Shown here piece by piece: positions 1-10,377 of a DNA stretch of 64,000 nucleotides; positions within the stretch are counted from its first letter, which is position 1, and every line of letters begins with the position of its first letter. A program made the translations under genes and the position numbers. Source of the DNA: Gemmatimonadota bacterium (lineage in GTDB: Bacteria; Gemmatimonadota; Gemmatimonadetes; JACCXV01); contig DATBJW010000008.1 of the NCBI GenBank assembly GCA_036556205.1, forward strand, positions 1,977 through 65,976, read 5' to 3'. The notes under the pieces were generated by a model. It was not told where the DNA came from. It did no database searches and saw nothing but the letters and a program-made list of their open reading frames with translations.

Positions 1-653
1 ACTGGCAGACCCTCCGCAAGAACCTGATCCGCCTGAAAGAGCTCGAGACGATCCACGAGGACGGCACCGCCGCGATGCTGCCCAAGAAGGAAGTGCTGCA
101 CCTCGAGCGCGAGGCCCAGAAGCTCCAGCGCAACCTGGGCGGGATCAAGGAGATGGAGGAGCTGCCCGGAGCCGTGTTCGTGGTGGACGCCAAGAAGGAG
201 AAGATCGCGGTGACCGAGGCCGAGCGCCTCGGGATCCCGATCATCGCCATCGTGGACACGAATGCCGATCCCGATCCGATCACGGTCCCGATCCCGGGCA
301 ACGACGACGCGATCAAGTCGGTGCGCCTGATCCTGAGCCTGGTGGCCGACGCCATCGCGGAGGCCCAGCGCGAGATGGTCAAGGAAGAGCCGGTGGAGGC
401 GGCACCCGTCGCCGGACCCGAGGCGGCCCAGCGGCACCTGCGGAAGGTGCGCGAGCGGCGCCCGGTGACCGCCGAGGAGATGGCCCAGGCGCCCGAGGGC
501 GAGGAGGAGCCGGCCGGGGCGTCCGCAACCGAGCGCCCCCACAAGCGGCTGCGCGTGAAGGCGCCCGCCGGTCCGGCCGCGGGCGAGGCGCATGAGCCGA
601 CCTCGCCAGGCGCCCACGAGGCGGCCGCGGCGCGCGGTGAGGACGCCACGTGA
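1..653 (+). CDS. rpsB: 30S ribosomal protein S2 (5' end outside window)
   Basis: The frame stays open from nt 3. The translation (..[55 protein letters not shown]) matches the S2 core. It sits directly upstream of tsf, as in the conserved rpsB-tsf pair. The C-terminus carries a roughly 90-aa Pro/Ala/Glu-rich tail. Confidence 0.95.
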   Translation, partial: WQTLRKNLIRLKELETIHEDGTAAMLPKKEVLHLEREAQKLQRNLGGIKEMEELPGAVFVVDAKKEKIAVTEAERLGIPIIAIVDTNADPDPITVPIPGNDDAIKSVRLILSLVADAIAEAQREMVKEEPVEAAPVAGPEAAQRHLRKVRERRPVTAEEMAQAPEGEEEPAGASATERPHKRLRVKAPAGPAAGEAHEPTSPGAHEAAAARGEDAT

Positions 654-1240
654 TCACGGCCGACGCGGTCAAAGAGCTGCGCCTGCGCTCGGGCGCGGGC
701 ATGATGGAGTGCAAGCGGGCGCTGGAGGCCTCCGCCGGCGACATGGAGAAGGCGCTCGACGTGTTGCGCCAGAAGGGCGCGGCGAGCGTGGCCCGGCGCG
801 CCGGGCGAACGGCCACGGAAGGCGTGGTCGAGGCCTACGTGCACATGGGCGGCAAGATCGGCGTGCTCGTCGAGGTGAACTGCGAGACCGACTTCGTGGC
901 CCGAACCGACGACTTCAAGACGCTCGCCCGCCACCTGGCGATGCAGATCGCCGCCACGGACCCGGTGGCGGTGGACCGCGACGGCGTGCCGCCCGACGTG
1001 CTGGAGCGCGAGCGGCAGATCTACCTGGCCCAGGCGCGCGAGACGGGCAAGCCGGAGGCGATCGTCGAGAAGATCGTGGCCGGGAAGATCGAGAAATTCT
1101 TCGGCGACGCGGTGCTGCTCGAGCAGCCCTTCATCCGGGACCCCGATCGCAGGGTGCGGGATGTGGTCCAGGACGTCGCGGCCCGCCTGGGGGAGAACGT
1201 CGTCGTGCGTCGTTTCGCACGCTTCGCGGTAGGGGCCTGA
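650..1240 (+). CDS. tsf: Translation elongation factor Ts (short 196-aa form)
   Basis: The GTG start overlaps the rpsB stop (GTGA). The N-terminal motif [25 protein letters not shown] and [13 protein letters not shown] are typical of EF-Ts. Confidence 0.95.
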   Translation: MITADAVKELRLRSGAGMMECKRALEASAGDMEKALDVLRQKGAASVARRAGRTATEGVVEAYVHMGGKIGVLVEVNCETDFVARTDDFKTLARHLAMQIAATDPVAVDRDGVPPDVLERERQIYLAQARETGKPEAIVEKIVAGKIEKFFGDAVLLEQPFIRDPDRRVRDVVQDVAARLGENVVVRRFARFAVGA

Positions 1241-1241
1241 G

Positions 1242-1985
1242 ATGGAGGAGGACGGCCCCCCGCGGCGCCCGCGCTACCGGCGCCTCCTGCTCAAGCTCTC
1301 CGGCGCGGCGCTGGCGGGCGACCGGGGATTCGGGATCGATCCGCCGGTCGTGGATCGCCTGACCGAGGAGATTCGGGCGGTGGTCGGCCTGGGGGTGAGT
1401 CTGGGGGTGGTGGTCGGGGGCGGGAACATCGTGCGTGGCACGCTCGCCAGCCAGCAGGGCATGGACCGCGTCACGGCGGACTACATGGGCATGCTGGCCA
1501 CGGTGATCAATGCCCTCGCGCTCCAGGACATGCTGGAGGGCAAGGGGGTCGAGACGCGGGTCCTGACGGCCATCCGCATGGAGCAGCTCGCCGAGCCGTA
1601 CATCCGTCGGCGGGCGCTGCGGCACCTCGAGAAGGGCCGCGTGGTGTTCTTCGCCGGGGGCACCGGCAACCCCTATTTCTCCACCGACACCGCCGCCGTC
1701 CTGCGCGCGATCGAGATGGAGGCAGAGGTCATCCTCAAGGCCACCGGCGTCGACGGCGTGTACACCGCGGATCCCCGCCAGGACGCCGACGCCGAGTTCA
1801 TTCCCTCCATCCCTTACATGGATGTCGTCAAGCGCGGGCTGCGCGTGATGGACACCACGGCCGTCACGCTCTGCATGGAGAACAACGTCCCCATCGTCGT
1901 CTTCAACATCCACGAGAAGGACGCCATTCGTCGCATCGCCCTGGGCGAGCAGATCGGATCGCTCGTCGGGGCGAACGCGAGCTGA
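1242..1985 (+). CDS. pyrH: UMP kinase
   Basis: Amino-acid-kinase fold motifs are present: [37 protein letters not shown]. It holds the conserved tsf-pyrH-frr position. Confidence 0.95.
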   Translation: MEEDGPPRRPRYRRLLLKLSGAALAGDRGFGIDPPVVDRLTEEIRAVVGLGVSLGVVVGGGNIVRGTLASQQGMDRVTADYMGMLATVINALALQDMLEGKGVETRVLTAIRMEQLAEPYIRRRALRHLEKGRVVFFAGGTGNPYFSTDTAAVLRAIEMEAEVILKATGVDGVYTADPRQDADAEFIPSIPYMDVVKRGLRVMDTTAVTLCMENNVPIVVFNIHEKDAIRRIALGEQIGSLVGANAS

Positions 1986-2024
1986 CCGGCGCCCCGGCGC
2001 CCGGTCCGTCCCGGAGGTCCCGCG

Positions 2025-2582
2025 ATGGACTCCCCCAACGTGAAGGCCGCGCGCGAGCAGATGCGGCATGCCATCGATGCCGTACGCCACGAGCTGGCCA
2101 CCGTGCGCAGCGGCAAGGCCTCCCCGGCCGTCCTGGACCGCGTGCGGGTCGAGGCCTACGGGTCCGTGCTGCCGCTCAACCAGGTCGCCACCGTGAGCGC
2201 GCCGGAGCCGCGACTGATCCTCGTTTCGCCCTTCGACCGCTCGCTCATCCAGGCCATCGAGCGCGCCATCCTGACCTCCGAGCTGGGGCTCTCGCCGGCC
2301 AACGACGGCAACGTCGTGCGGCTGCCGATTCCCGCACTCACCGAGGAGCGGCGCAAGGAGCTGGTCAAGGTGGCTCACAAGATCGCCGAAGACGGACGCA
2401 TCGCCGTCCGGCACGCGCGGCAGGAGGCGAACCACAAGATCAAGGAGCTGGAGAAGAAAGGGGACCTCTCGGAGGACGATTCGCGCCGGCAGCAGAAGGA
2501 AGTCCAGGATCGGACGAACGAGGCGATCACCGAGATCGACGGGATCCTGAAGCGCAAGGAAGCGGAAATACTCGAGGTTTAG
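2025..2582 (+). CDS. frr: Ribosome recycling factor
   Basis: 185-aa product with typical RRF motifs (LDRVRVEAYGS..PLNQVA, NVVRLPIPALTEERRKELVK). Synteny after pyrH supports the call. Confidence 0.95.
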   Translation: MDSPNVKAAREQMRHAIDAVRHELATVRSGKASPAVLDRVRVEAYGSVLPLNQVATVSAPEPRLILVSPFDRSLIQAIERAILTSELGLSPANDGNVVRLPIPALTEERRKELVKVAHKIAEDGRIAVRHARQEANHKIKELEKKGDLSEDDSRRQQKEVQDRTNEAITEIDGILKRKEAEILEV

Positions 2583-2604
2583 CGAGCGTGCGTAGAGGTT
2601 TGCG

Positions 2605-3342
2605 GTGGTCCTGAGCGCATCCGAGCTGAAGGCGTACGGGAACGTCCCCGAGCACGTGGCCATCATCATGGACGGCAACGGTCGCTGGGCGCAGGAGCGC
2701 GGCCAGCCGCGCGTGTTCGGGCACCAGGAGGGCATGAAGGCGGTCAAGCGCGCGGTGGAGGCCGCCGGCGAGGTGGGTGTGGGCGTGCTCTCGCTGTACG
2801 CGTTCTCGCAGGAGAACTGGAACCGCCCGCGCGCCGAGATCGACGCGCTCATGGAGTTGCTGACGCGCTACATCGACTCCGAGCGCCGCGAGCTCGTCGA
2901 GCGCGGCGTGCAGGTGCGGGTGATGGGCCAGCTGGAGCGCCTCTCCGCGGGGGCGCGCGCGGCACTGGCCAAGCTGACGCGCGAGACTTCGGCCGGCGAC
3001 CACCTGATCCTGAACCTCGCGATCAGCTACGGCGGCCGCTGGGAGATCGTTCGCGCCGCCCGGGCGCTGGCGCGGCAGGCGGCGGCGGGGGAGCTGGACC
3101 CCGAGGCGATCGACGAGGAGCTCTTCGCCAGCGAGCTCGCCACGGGGAGCCTGCCGGACCCCGACCTTCTCATCCGTACGAGCGGCGAGTTCCGCATCTC
3201 CAACTTCATGCTCTGGCAGATCGCGTACACGGAGATTCACGTCACGGACGTGCTCTGGCCGGACTTCGGGCAGGACGACTTCTTCGAGGCGGTGCACGAT
3301 TTCCAGCGGCGGGAGCGCCGCTTCGGGAAGGTGTCGCTATAA
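2605..3342 (+). CDS. uppS: Undecaprenyl (isoprenyl) diphosphate synthase
   Basis: cis-Prenyltransferase motifs HVAIIMDGNGRWA and RTSGEFRISNFMLWQIAYTE are present. Confidence 0.93.
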   Translation: MVLSASELKAYGNVPEHVAIIMDGNGRWAQERGQPRVFGHQEGMKAVKRAVEAAGEVGVGVLSLYAFSQENWNRPRAEIDALMELLTRYIDSERRELVERGVQVRVMGQLERLSAGARAALAKLTRETSAGDHLILNLAISYGGRWEIVRAARALARQAAAGELDPEAIDEELFASELATGSLPDPDLLIRTSGEFRISNFMLWQIAYTEIHVTDVLWPDFGQDDFFEAVHDFQRRERRFGKVSL

Positions 3343-3431
3343 CTCGCTCCGAGAGCCCTCCCGCGACGCGCTCGCCCGGCGCGGCCCGCCCCGCTGAGAC
3401 CGGTCGGCGGGACGTCTCGCTTCCGATCCGG

Positions 3432-4247
3432 GTGGCGGCGACCGTGCTTCTGGCCCCGCCGTTCCTGGCCGCGGCCTACGTGGGGGGACCCGTCTTTCTG
3501 GCCGTGGCCGCGCTCCTCACGGCCGCCGCGGCCTGGGAGTTCGGGCGGCTGGCCATCCCCGCGCGGCTCGTGCCGAGGGGGCTGGTGATGCTCCTCGCGT
3601 CGGCCAGCGTGGCGATCCGCTTCGTATGGCCAGGCTCGGGGCCGGCGGCCGTGGGCCTGACCACCGTGGCCGTGCTGGCGGCGCTCACGATCGGGCTCGC
3701 CGAGGACGAACCCGCCGGCGGCCTGCGCACCGCGGCGCTGACGCTGCTCGGGGCCCTCTACGCGGGCCTCTTCTCGTACCTGGTGGCGCTGCGCGAGCTC
3801 CCGCGCGAGTTGGCCGGCGTGGGCTACGCCACGGGCTTCGCGTTGCTCGCGGCCCCGGTGGTCCTGGTGTGGGTCACCGATATCGCGGCCTACGCCGCCG
3901 GCCGCGCGTTCGGGCGACGCAAGCTCCTGCCGCGCGTGAGCCCGGGCAAGACCGTGGCCGGCGCCGTCGGCGGCACGGCCGCGGCAGCCCTCGCGGCGGT
4001 CGTGCTCTCGGCCTGGGCGCCCACGCCGCTGCCCCGACTCGGGGCGCCGGCGGCGGCCGCTCTGGGCGCGGCCGTGAGCGTGGTCGCGCAGGCGGGCGAC
4101 CTGGCCGAGTCGCTGCTCAAGCGCGCCTGCGGGGTGAAGGACAGCTCGGCCCTGATCCCGGGACACGGTGGCGTGCTGGACCGTTTCGACTCGCTCCTCT
4201 TCGCCGCGCCGGTCGCCTACTATTTCTTTCGCGCGACACTCGCCTGA
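3432..4247 (+). CDS. cdsA: Phosphatidate cytidylyltransferase
   Basis: Polytopic hydrophobic protein with the C-terminal CdsA signature SLLKRACGVKDSSALIPGHGGVLDRFDS. GTG 3432 is the first available start in frame. Confidence 0.9.
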   Translation: MAATVLLAPPFLAAAYVGGPVFLAVAALLTAAAAWEFGRLAIPARLVPRGLVMLLASASVAIRFVWPGSGPAAVGLTTVAVLAALTIGLAEDEPAGGLRTAALTLLGALYAGLFSYLVALRELPRELAGVGYATGFALLAAPVVLVWVTDIAAYAAGRAFGRRKLLPRVSPGKTVAGAVGGTAAAALAAVVLSAWAPTPLPRLGAPAAAALGAAVSVVAQAGDLAESLLKRACGVKDSSALIPGHGGVLDRFDSLLFAAPVAYYFFRATLA

Positions 4248-4258
4248 GGCCCGACGTC

Positions 4259-5497
4259 ATGGCCACGCCCGCCAACCCAGCCCTGCACGCCGTCCCGTCC
4301 CGGAGCGACGGCGCGCCCGGACTGGAACGCCCGCGCCGGGTGGCGCTGCTGGGTTGCACGGGCTCGGTCGGAGCGGCCGCCCTGGCCGTGCTGCGCCGGC
4401 TGGGACCCGGCTTCGAGCTCTACGCCGTCTCGGCTCGCAGCAGGCTGGAGGCTCTGCTCGCCTGCAGCCGCGAGTTTCGCCCGCGACGGGTCGTGTTGTG
4501 CGAGCCGGCGGCCGCCCGAGGCTACGCCGCGGCCGGCGGCTGCGGCGACGTCTCGGTGGGGGACGAGGCCCTGGCCGACCTGGCGGCGGACCCGGCGGTG
4601 GACATCGTGGTGAACGCGCTGGTCGGCTCCGTCGGACTGCTTCCCACCCTGCGGGCGCTGGAAGCGGGCAAGCGCGTCGCCCTCGCCAACAAGGAGGCGC
4701 TCGTGATGGGCGGTGGCCTCGTCCGCCGGGCGCTCGAGCGCGGCGGGGGAGAGCTGATCCCCGTCGATAGCGAGCACAGCTCGCTGTTCCAGCTCCTCGA
4801 GGGCCGCCCCGCCTCGCAGGTGCGGCGGCTCGTGCTGACCGCTTCGGGAGGGCCCTTCCGCGGTCGCACGCGCGCGGAGCTGGCGGGCGTCACCGTGGAC
4901 GAGGCGCTGGCGCACCCCACCTGGAGCATGGGTCCCAAGGTGACCGTGGACTCGGCAACGCTCGCCAACAAGGGTCTCGAGATCATCGAGGCCCACGTCC
5001 TGTTCGACGTGCCCTACCCGGCGATCTCGGTCGTCATCCACCCGCAGTCGGTGGTGCACGGGCTCGTCGAGCTCGCCGACGGCTCGTTTCTGGCGCACCT
5101 CGGGCGTCCGACGATGGAGCTGCCGGTTCAATACGCCCTCACGTACCCCGAGCGCATGGAGCTTCCTCCCGCCCGCCTCTCGCTGCGCGAGCTCGGCAGC
5201 CTGAGCTTCGAAGCCGCCGACGAGAGCGCGTTCCCGGCCCTCGCGCTGGCGCGTGCCGCGGGCGAGGCGGGCGGCACCTGTCCGGCCGTCTTCAACGCGG
5301 CGAACGAGGCCGCCAACCTGGCGTTCCGGGAGGGGCGCATCGGGTTCGGCGAGATCCACGACGTCCTCGCGCACGCCCTCGAGCAGGTTACGCCCGAGCC
5401 GGTCCACGAAGTCGCGGACGTGCTGCGCGCCGACATGGCGGGGCGGAGTGCGGCGTGGCGGTGGGTGGAGAACGCAACCCTGGCCCGAAAGAGCTGA
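4259..5497 (+). CDS. dxr: 1-deoxy-D-xylulose 5-phosphate reductoisomerase
   Basis: ATG 4259 is in frame within track ORF 3626..5497; the upstream 211 aa overlap cdsA and are Arg/Gly-rich artefact. Motifs: LLGCTGSVG (NADPH), LANKEALV, DSEHSSLFQ, HPTWSMGPKVTVDSATLANKGLE. Confidence 0.95.
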   Translation: MATPANPALHAVPSRSDGAPGLERPRRVALLGCTGSVGAAALAVLRRLGPGFELYAVSARSRLEALLACSREFRPRRVVLCEPAAARGYAAAGGCGDVSVGDEALADLAADPAVDIVVNALVGSVGLLPTLRALEAGKRVALANKEALVMGGGLVRRALERGGGELIPVDSEHSSLFQLLEGRPASQVRRLVLTASGGPFRGRTRAELAGVTVDEALAHPTWSMGPKVTVDSATLANKGLEIIEAHVLFDVPYPAISVVIHPQSVVHGLVELADGSFLAHLGRPTMELPVQYALTYPERMELPPARLSLRELGSLSFEAADESAFPALALARAAGEAGGTCPAVFNAANEAANLAFREGRIGFGEIHDVLAHALEQVTPEPVHEVADVLRADMAGRSAAWRWVENATLARKS

Positions 5498-5501
5498 CCC
5501 C

Positions 5502-6914
5502 ATGGTCACGATCCTCGTCACGATCCTCGTCCTGGGCATCCTGGTCTTCGTGCACGAGCTCGGTCACTTCGTGGCCGCGAAGCTGGGGGGGATCCAAGTC
5601 CCGCGCTTCTCGATCGGGCTGGGGCCGCGCCTGTTCGGCTTCCGCATCGGCGAGACCGACTACTGCATCTCGGCCATCCCGTTCGGGGGCTACGTGAAGA
5701 TGGCCGGCATGGAGGCCGACGAGGCGGTGAGCGGGCTGGAGGGGGATCCGCTGCTGCAGGACGCGGGGCCGCGTGACGTCGCCCGTGTGGACTCCGGGAG
5801 CGCGGCCCAGGACGTCGCGTTCGACCCCGAGCGCGGCTTCGACCGGAAGCCTCTCTGGGTGCGCCTGGTCGTGATCCTGGCCGGCGTGTTCATGAACTTC
5901 GTGTTCGGGTTCCTGGTCTTCGTGTGGCTCTCGTGGAGCCAGGGCGAGCCGCGTCTTCCGACCATCGTCTCCGACGTCGATCCCGAGGTCGCGCTCCTGG
6001 ACGGGCGGCTGGAGGGCTGGCGGGGTCGCGCCATCCGGTCGGTGAACGGCGCTCCGGTCGACACCTGGGCCCAGCTCGACGAGCGGCTGCACGCCGCACC
6101 CGACGGGACGCCGCTGCGGATCGGGTTCGCGGACGGGGAAGAGGTGACCCTCGATCCCGCCGTGAACGGCTCGGAGCTCGCGCGCGGGGTCGCCTTCGGG
6201 CTTCCGCCCGTGATCGGCGAGGTCCAGCGCGGAAGCGTGGCGGAGGCCGCGGGCCTAGGGTCCGGAGACCGGATCCTGGCCCTCGACGGCCGGCCGGTCG
6301 TCGTCTGGGACGACATCCCGGACTACGTTCGGAGCCGCGCGGGCCAGCCGATACGCGTGCGCTTCGAGCGCGACGAGACGCCCGGCGCCCCCGGCGGTGA
6401 GCGGACGCTCGAGGTCGAGGTCGTGCCCGGCCGCCAGCAGGAGCCCGGCGCCGACAACCGCTTCGTCCAGGTCGGGTTCCTGGGTGTCGCGGCCAAGCTC
6501 GAATCGGACCCCATCAGCTTCCCGGAGGCCGTGCGCCAGGGCTGGCACCTCACGGCTCGCGCGGGCGGGCTGATCCTTCACGGGCTCGGCCAGCTCGTGA
6601 CCGGCAAGCTGTCGCTGCGAGCGCTCGGCGGCCCGGTGGTGATCGGCCAGATCACCGGCTACTACCGGCGCCAGGGCATCGACCAGCTGCTCTACTGGAT
6701 GGCGCTGTTCAGCATCAACCTGGCGATCCTGAACCTGCTCCCCATCCCCGTGCTGGACGGCGGGCACGTCCTGTTCCTGCTCATCGAGGGCATCCGGGGG
6801 CATCCGCTCTCTCCACGCTTCAAGGTGCGGCTCTCCCAGGTGGGCATGGTGCTCCTGATCCTGCTCATGGCGTGGGCCGTGACCAGCGACCTGTTGCGGC
6901 TGCTCGAACGTTAG
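5502..6914 (+). CDS. rseP: RIP site-2 metalloprotease RseP
   Basis: ATG 5502 is in frame in ORF 5253..6914. Evidence is the N-terminal TM with the HELGHF zinc motif, a central PDZ-like region, and C-terminal LAILNLLPIPVLDGGH. Confidence 0.93.
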   Translation: MVTILVTILVLGILVFVHELGHFVAAKLGGIQVPRFSIGLGPRLFGFRIGETDYCISAIPFGGYVKMAGMEADEAVSGLEGDPLLQDAGPRDVARVDSGSAAQDVAFDPERGFDRKPLWVRLVVILAGVFMNFVFGFLVFVWLSWSQGEPRLPTIVSDVDPEVALLDGRLEGWRGRAIRSVNGAPVDTWAQLDERLHAAPDGTPLRIGFADGEEVTLDPAVNGSELARGVAFGLPPVIGEVQRGSVAEAAGLGSGDRILALDGRPVVVWDDIPDYVRSRAGQPIRVRFERDETPGAPGGERTLEVEVVPGRQQEPGADNRFVQVGFLGVAAKLESDPISFPEAVRQGWHLTARAGGLILHGLGQLVTGKLSLRALGGPVVIGQITGYYRRQGIDQLLYWMALFSINLAILNLLPIPVLDGGHVLFLLIEGIRGHPLSPRFKVRLSQVGMVLLILLMAWAVTSDLLRLLER

Positions 6915-6980
6915 GTCCGCCGGCGGCGTCCCGCCGCCGAGCGGGTCGTACCGCGGCTCCGCCGCAAGCCGCCACGAGCG

Positions 6981-7697
6981 ATGCCTCACGCCGCCACGCA
7001 CGAGCCGGCCGACGCCTTCCCTCCGGAGCCTCGCGCGCCCGCGCTGGTCGTCTTCGCCAAGGCTCCTATCCCCGGACGCGTGAAGACGCGGCTCGCGCCC
7101 CGGGTCGGCGCGGCCGCGGCCGCCGAGCTCCAGAGCGCCCTGCTGCGCGACACGGCCGACATCGTGCTCGACGCGACCGGCAGGCGCCGGCCCCCGCCCG
7201 CCGTCTGGTGCGCGGCGGCCGAGCGAGGGGACGAGCCCGTGCTGCGCTCGCTTTTGCCGGCCGGCTTCGGGATGATCGCGCAGGGGCCCGGCGACCTGGG
7301 CGAGAGGATCGCCCGCGTCCTGGGCGCCGTGCACGGCGGCCGCATCCCCGTCCTGGCGCTCGGCGCCGATTGCCCGGACCTGACCACCGAGTTGCTGGAT
7401 CGAGCCCTGGAGGCGCTCGCGCGCACGGGCGCGGCGCTGGGGCCGGCCGCGGACGGAGGCTACTGGGCGATCGGGCTCGCGCGCTTCGACGCCGCTCTCT
7501 TCGCGGACATGCCCTGGTCCACGGCCGACCTGGCCCGACGCACGCGACTCCGATTCGCCGAGCGGGGGACCGCCTTCGAGGAGCTCCCCGAGCTGCGCGA
7601 CCTGGATCGCTACGACGATCTGCTCGCGTGGGCGCGCTCGCCGAACCCCGGCTTCCGGCGCACGCTCGCCTGGTGCCGGGCGCGCGGGCTCGCGTGA
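6981..7697 (+). CDS. DUF2064 / TIGR04282-type glycosyltransferase-like protein
   Basis: The pattern LVVFAKAPIPGRVKTRLAP .. GDLGERI .. LGADCPDL .. GPAADGGYWAIGL .. MPWSTADL .. LRDLDRYDDL follows the DUF2064 family layout, recognised from memory. Confidence 0.75.
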   Translation: MPHAATHEPADAFPPEPRAPALVVFAKAPIPGRVKTRLAPRVGAAAAAELQSALLRDTADIVLDATGRRRPPPAVWCAAAERGDEPVLRSLLPAGFGMIAQGPGDLGERIARVLGAVHGGRIPVLALGADCPDLTTELLDRALEALARTGAALGPAADGGYWAIGLARFDAALFADMPWSTADLARRTRLRFAERGTAFEELPELRDLDRYDDLLAWARSPNPGFRRTLAWCRARGLA

Positions 7698-8632
7698 CTT
7701 CGCCCGTCCGGAAGGCCACGATTCCCGTCGCCCACCACGCGCGTGACCCCATCGTTCCGCCCCGCCTCGCGCTGGGGGCGGCGGTGGTCGCCATCAGCTC
7801 GGCAGCGATCCTGATCCGCTGGACCGGCGCGCCGCCGCTCGTGGTCGGGGCCTACCGCCTGGCCTACGCCACGCCGCTCTTCTGGCTGGCCGCCCGCTTC
7901 GCGACAGCGCCTCTCTGGGTGGGGTGGACGCGGGCGCGCGTCGCCGCGGGCCTCGCGGCGGCCGTCCTTCTCGCGGCGCACTTCGGGCTCTGGATCGCCT
8001 CGCTCGGGCTGACGTCGGTGGCGAGCTCGGTGCTGCTCGTTTCCACGCAGCCGATCTTCGTGGCCCTCCTGGGCCGCGCGGTCCTGCGGGAGCCGGTGGC
8101 GGCCAGGGCGGCGGCCGGGATCGTGCTCGCACTTGCCGGCACGGTCGCGATCACAGGCGGCAACTTCCGCGGGCCGGAGGGAGCCTGGCGGGGCGATCTG
8201 CTGGCGCTGGGCGGGGCTCTCGCCATGGCCCTGCACACGCTTCTCGTGCGCCACCTGAGGCCGCACGTGAACCTCGTGCCCCTCATGTCTCTCGAGACGC
8301 CCGTGGCGGCCGCACTCCTCGCACTCGGCGCCGTCCTGGCGGGCGAGCCGCTCACGGGCTACGCTCCCGGCACCCATGCCCTCTTCCTGCTCCTGGCACT
8401 CGTCCCCACTGGGATCGGCCACACGCTCCTCAACTGGGCGCTGCGCTACCGGAAGGCCTACGAGGTGAACGTGGCGGTCCTGGGCGAGCCGGTGGGAGCC
8501 ACCCTCCTGGCCTTCGCGCTCCTCGGCGAGCGGCCTGCGCTGCACGTCGTTGCCGGCGGCGCGCTGGTCCTGATCGGGATCCTGCTCGCGTGGAGCTCGA
8601 GCGCCTCGCCCACCGCCGCGGGCTCGGTGTGA
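7694..8632 (+). CDS. EamA/DMT-family transporter
   Basis: GTG 7694 overlaps the upstream stop (GTGA) and is in frame in ORF 6872..8632. The product has about 10 hydrophobic segments with the two-fold repeat typical of drug/metabolite transporters. Confidence 0.8.
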   Translation: MTSPVRKATIPVAHHARDPIVPPRLALGAAVVAISSAAILIRWTGAPPLVVGAYRLAYATPLFWLAARFATAPLWVGWTRARVAAGLAAAVLLAAHFGLWIASLGLTSVASSVLLVSTQPIFVALLGRAVLREPVAARAAAGIVLALAGTVAITGGNFRGPEGAWRGDLLALGGALAMALHTLLVRHLRPHVNLVPLMSLETPVAAALLALGAVLAGEPLTGYAPGTHALFLLLALVPTGIGHTLLNWALRYRKAYEVNVAVLGEPVGATLLAFALLGERPALHVVAGGALVLIGILLAWSSSASPTAAGSV

Positions 8633-9633
8633 GCGGCCCGGCCACGGTCGAGTACCGCCGGGCGGGCCGCCCCGAGGCGCTGCACCGCCTCTCGCTGGCG
8701 GTGGCGGACGGCGAGGGAAGGCTCGTGGCGCGGGTCGGCGAGCCCGGCCTGCGAACCTACTGGCGCTCCGCGGCCAAGCCCTTCCAGGCCCTTCCGTTCG
8801 TCGCCTCCGGGGCGGCCGAGGCCTACGGACTGGGCACGCGCGAGCTGGCACTCCTCTGCTCCTCGCACAGCGGCGAAGCGCTCCATCGGGCCGCCGCGGC
8901 GCGCATCCTCTCATCGGCGGGACTCTCCGAAGCCGACCTGCTCTGCGGAGCGCACTGGCCCCTGTGGCCTCCGGGCTGGCACGACCTGGAAGGGGCGGGC
9001 GGACGACCGAGCCCGCTCGGGAACAACTGCTCGGGCAAGCACGCCGGCATGCTCGCCTACTGCCGCTTCCGCGGCTGGCCGCTGGTGGACTACCGCCGGC
9101 CCGATCATCCGCTCCAGGTGGAGATCCTCGAGGTCGTCCGGCGCGCGAGCGGGGAGCCGGCGGAGTCCATTCATGAAGCCGTGGACGGCTGCGGCGTGCC
9201 CGTCTTCCACCTCTCGCTGGCGGGCATGGCCACCGCGTACGCGCGACTCGCGGCCGGCGCCGAGCTTCCCGCCGCCTGGCAGGCGGCCTCTGCACGCCTC
9301 CTGGAGTCCGTCGCGTCGGAGCCCTTCTACCTGGCCGGAACCGACCGGCTCTGCACGCGCCTGGTCGAGGTCACCTCCGGACGCGTGGTCGCGAAGGTGG
9401 GTGCCATGGGCATCTACTGCGCCGTGCTGCGCGACCGCGGGTGGGGTCTGGCGCTCAAGGTCGAGGACGGAGCGTCCAGCGCGGCCGCGGTGAGCCTCGT
9501 GGAGGCGCTGCGCCAACTGGGCGCCCTCGAGGGCGAGGCACTCGCCGCCCTGGCGCCCTTCGGCCCCGGTCCGCTCGCCAACCACGCCGGGACCGTCGTG
9601 GGGGAGGTGGAGGCGCGCTTCGCGCTCGCTTGA
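8629..9633 (+). CDS. Asparaginase II-like (PF06089-type) protein
   Basis: GTG 8629 overlaps the EamA stop. Motifs WRSAAKPFQALP, ELALLCSSHSGEALH, NNCSGKHAGML and VDGCGVP resemble the asparaginase_II family. Confidence 0.7.
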   Translation: MSGPATVEYRRAGRPEALHRLSLAVADGEGRLVARVGEPGLRTYWRSAAKPFQALPFVASGAAEAYGLGTRELALLCSSHSGEALHRAAAARILSSAGLSEADLLCGAHWPLWPPGWHDLEGAGGRPSPLGNNCSGKHAGMLAYCRFRGWPLVDYRRPDHPLQVEILEVVRRASGEPAESIHEAVDGCGVPVFHLSLAGMATAYARLAAGAELPAAWQAASARLLESVASEPFYLAGTDRLCTRLVEVTSGRVVAKVGAMGIYCAVLRDRGWGLALKVEDGASSAAAVSLVEALRQLGALEGEALAALAPFGPGPLANHAGTVVGEVEARFALA

Positions 9634-9654
9634 ACCGCTCCTGCACCGGCTCCT

Positions 9655-10377
9655 ATGTTCCCCCCGATGAGCTCTTCCCGCTCCGCCAGCCGGCCGGCCG
9701 GCCGCCTTCCCGGCGTCGATCCAGCGCGCGAGCGTCCGCCTGGACGGGAAGAGCGACGCGCGCTCGCGCGCCTCGCGGCGGCCGTCGCGGCGCGAGACGA
9801 CCGCGCGGTCGAGCGTGAGGCCGCCCGACTCTCGGGCCGGCTCGCGCGGCGCTGCGCGGAGGAGACGGTGCTCCAGACCTACCTCTTCGCGGGCTTCCCG
9901 GCCGCCATCAACGGGTTTGCCGCGCTCGAGCGGGCGTGGCCGCCGGAGCGCGCGGACGCGCCCGCGCGGGACGGCCGCGAGCCGGGTCCCGATCCGGCCG
10001 GCTGGAAGGCGCGCGGCGAGCGGCTCTGCGCGCGCGTGTACGGTCCGCGGTACCGGCGGCTGCGCGCGCGCATGCGGGCCCTTTCGCCGGCGCTCGACGA
10101 CTGGATGGTCGTCGAGGGCTACGGCAAGACGCTCTCGCGCCCCGGGCTGGATGAGGCCACCCGCGAGATCTGCGCGGTGGCGGCCCTGGCCGCGCTGGGG
10201 GCGACCCGCCAGCTCGAGGCCCACCTCGAGGGCGCGCGGCGGCTGGGCGCGGACCCGGTCCTGATCGACGAGGCGGCCCGCGACGCGGTGCGCCGGCACG
10301 TTCCGCGCGCGCGCCGGGCCGAGCTCGAGTCCCTGCTCGCCCCGCCGCGGCGGCCTTCGCGCGGAGCTCGCCCGTGA
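9655..10377 (+). CDS. Carboxymuconolactone decarboxylase (AhpD-like) family protein
   Basis: The C-terminal half (LDDWMVVEGYGKTLSRPGLDEATREICAVAALAALGATRQLEAHLEGARRLGA) looks like a CMD domain. The true start may lie downstream of 9655. Confidence 0.55.
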   Translation: MFPPMSSSRSASRPAGRLPGVDPARERPPGREERRALARLAAAVAARDDRAVEREAARLSGRLARRCAEETVLQTYLFAGFPAAINGFAALERAWPPERADAPARDGREPGPDPAGWKARGERLCARVYGPRYRRLRARMRALSPALDDWMVVEGYGKTLSRPGLDEATREICAVAALAALGATRQLEAHLEGARRLGADPVLIDEAARDAVRRHVPRARRAELESLLAPPRRPSRGARP

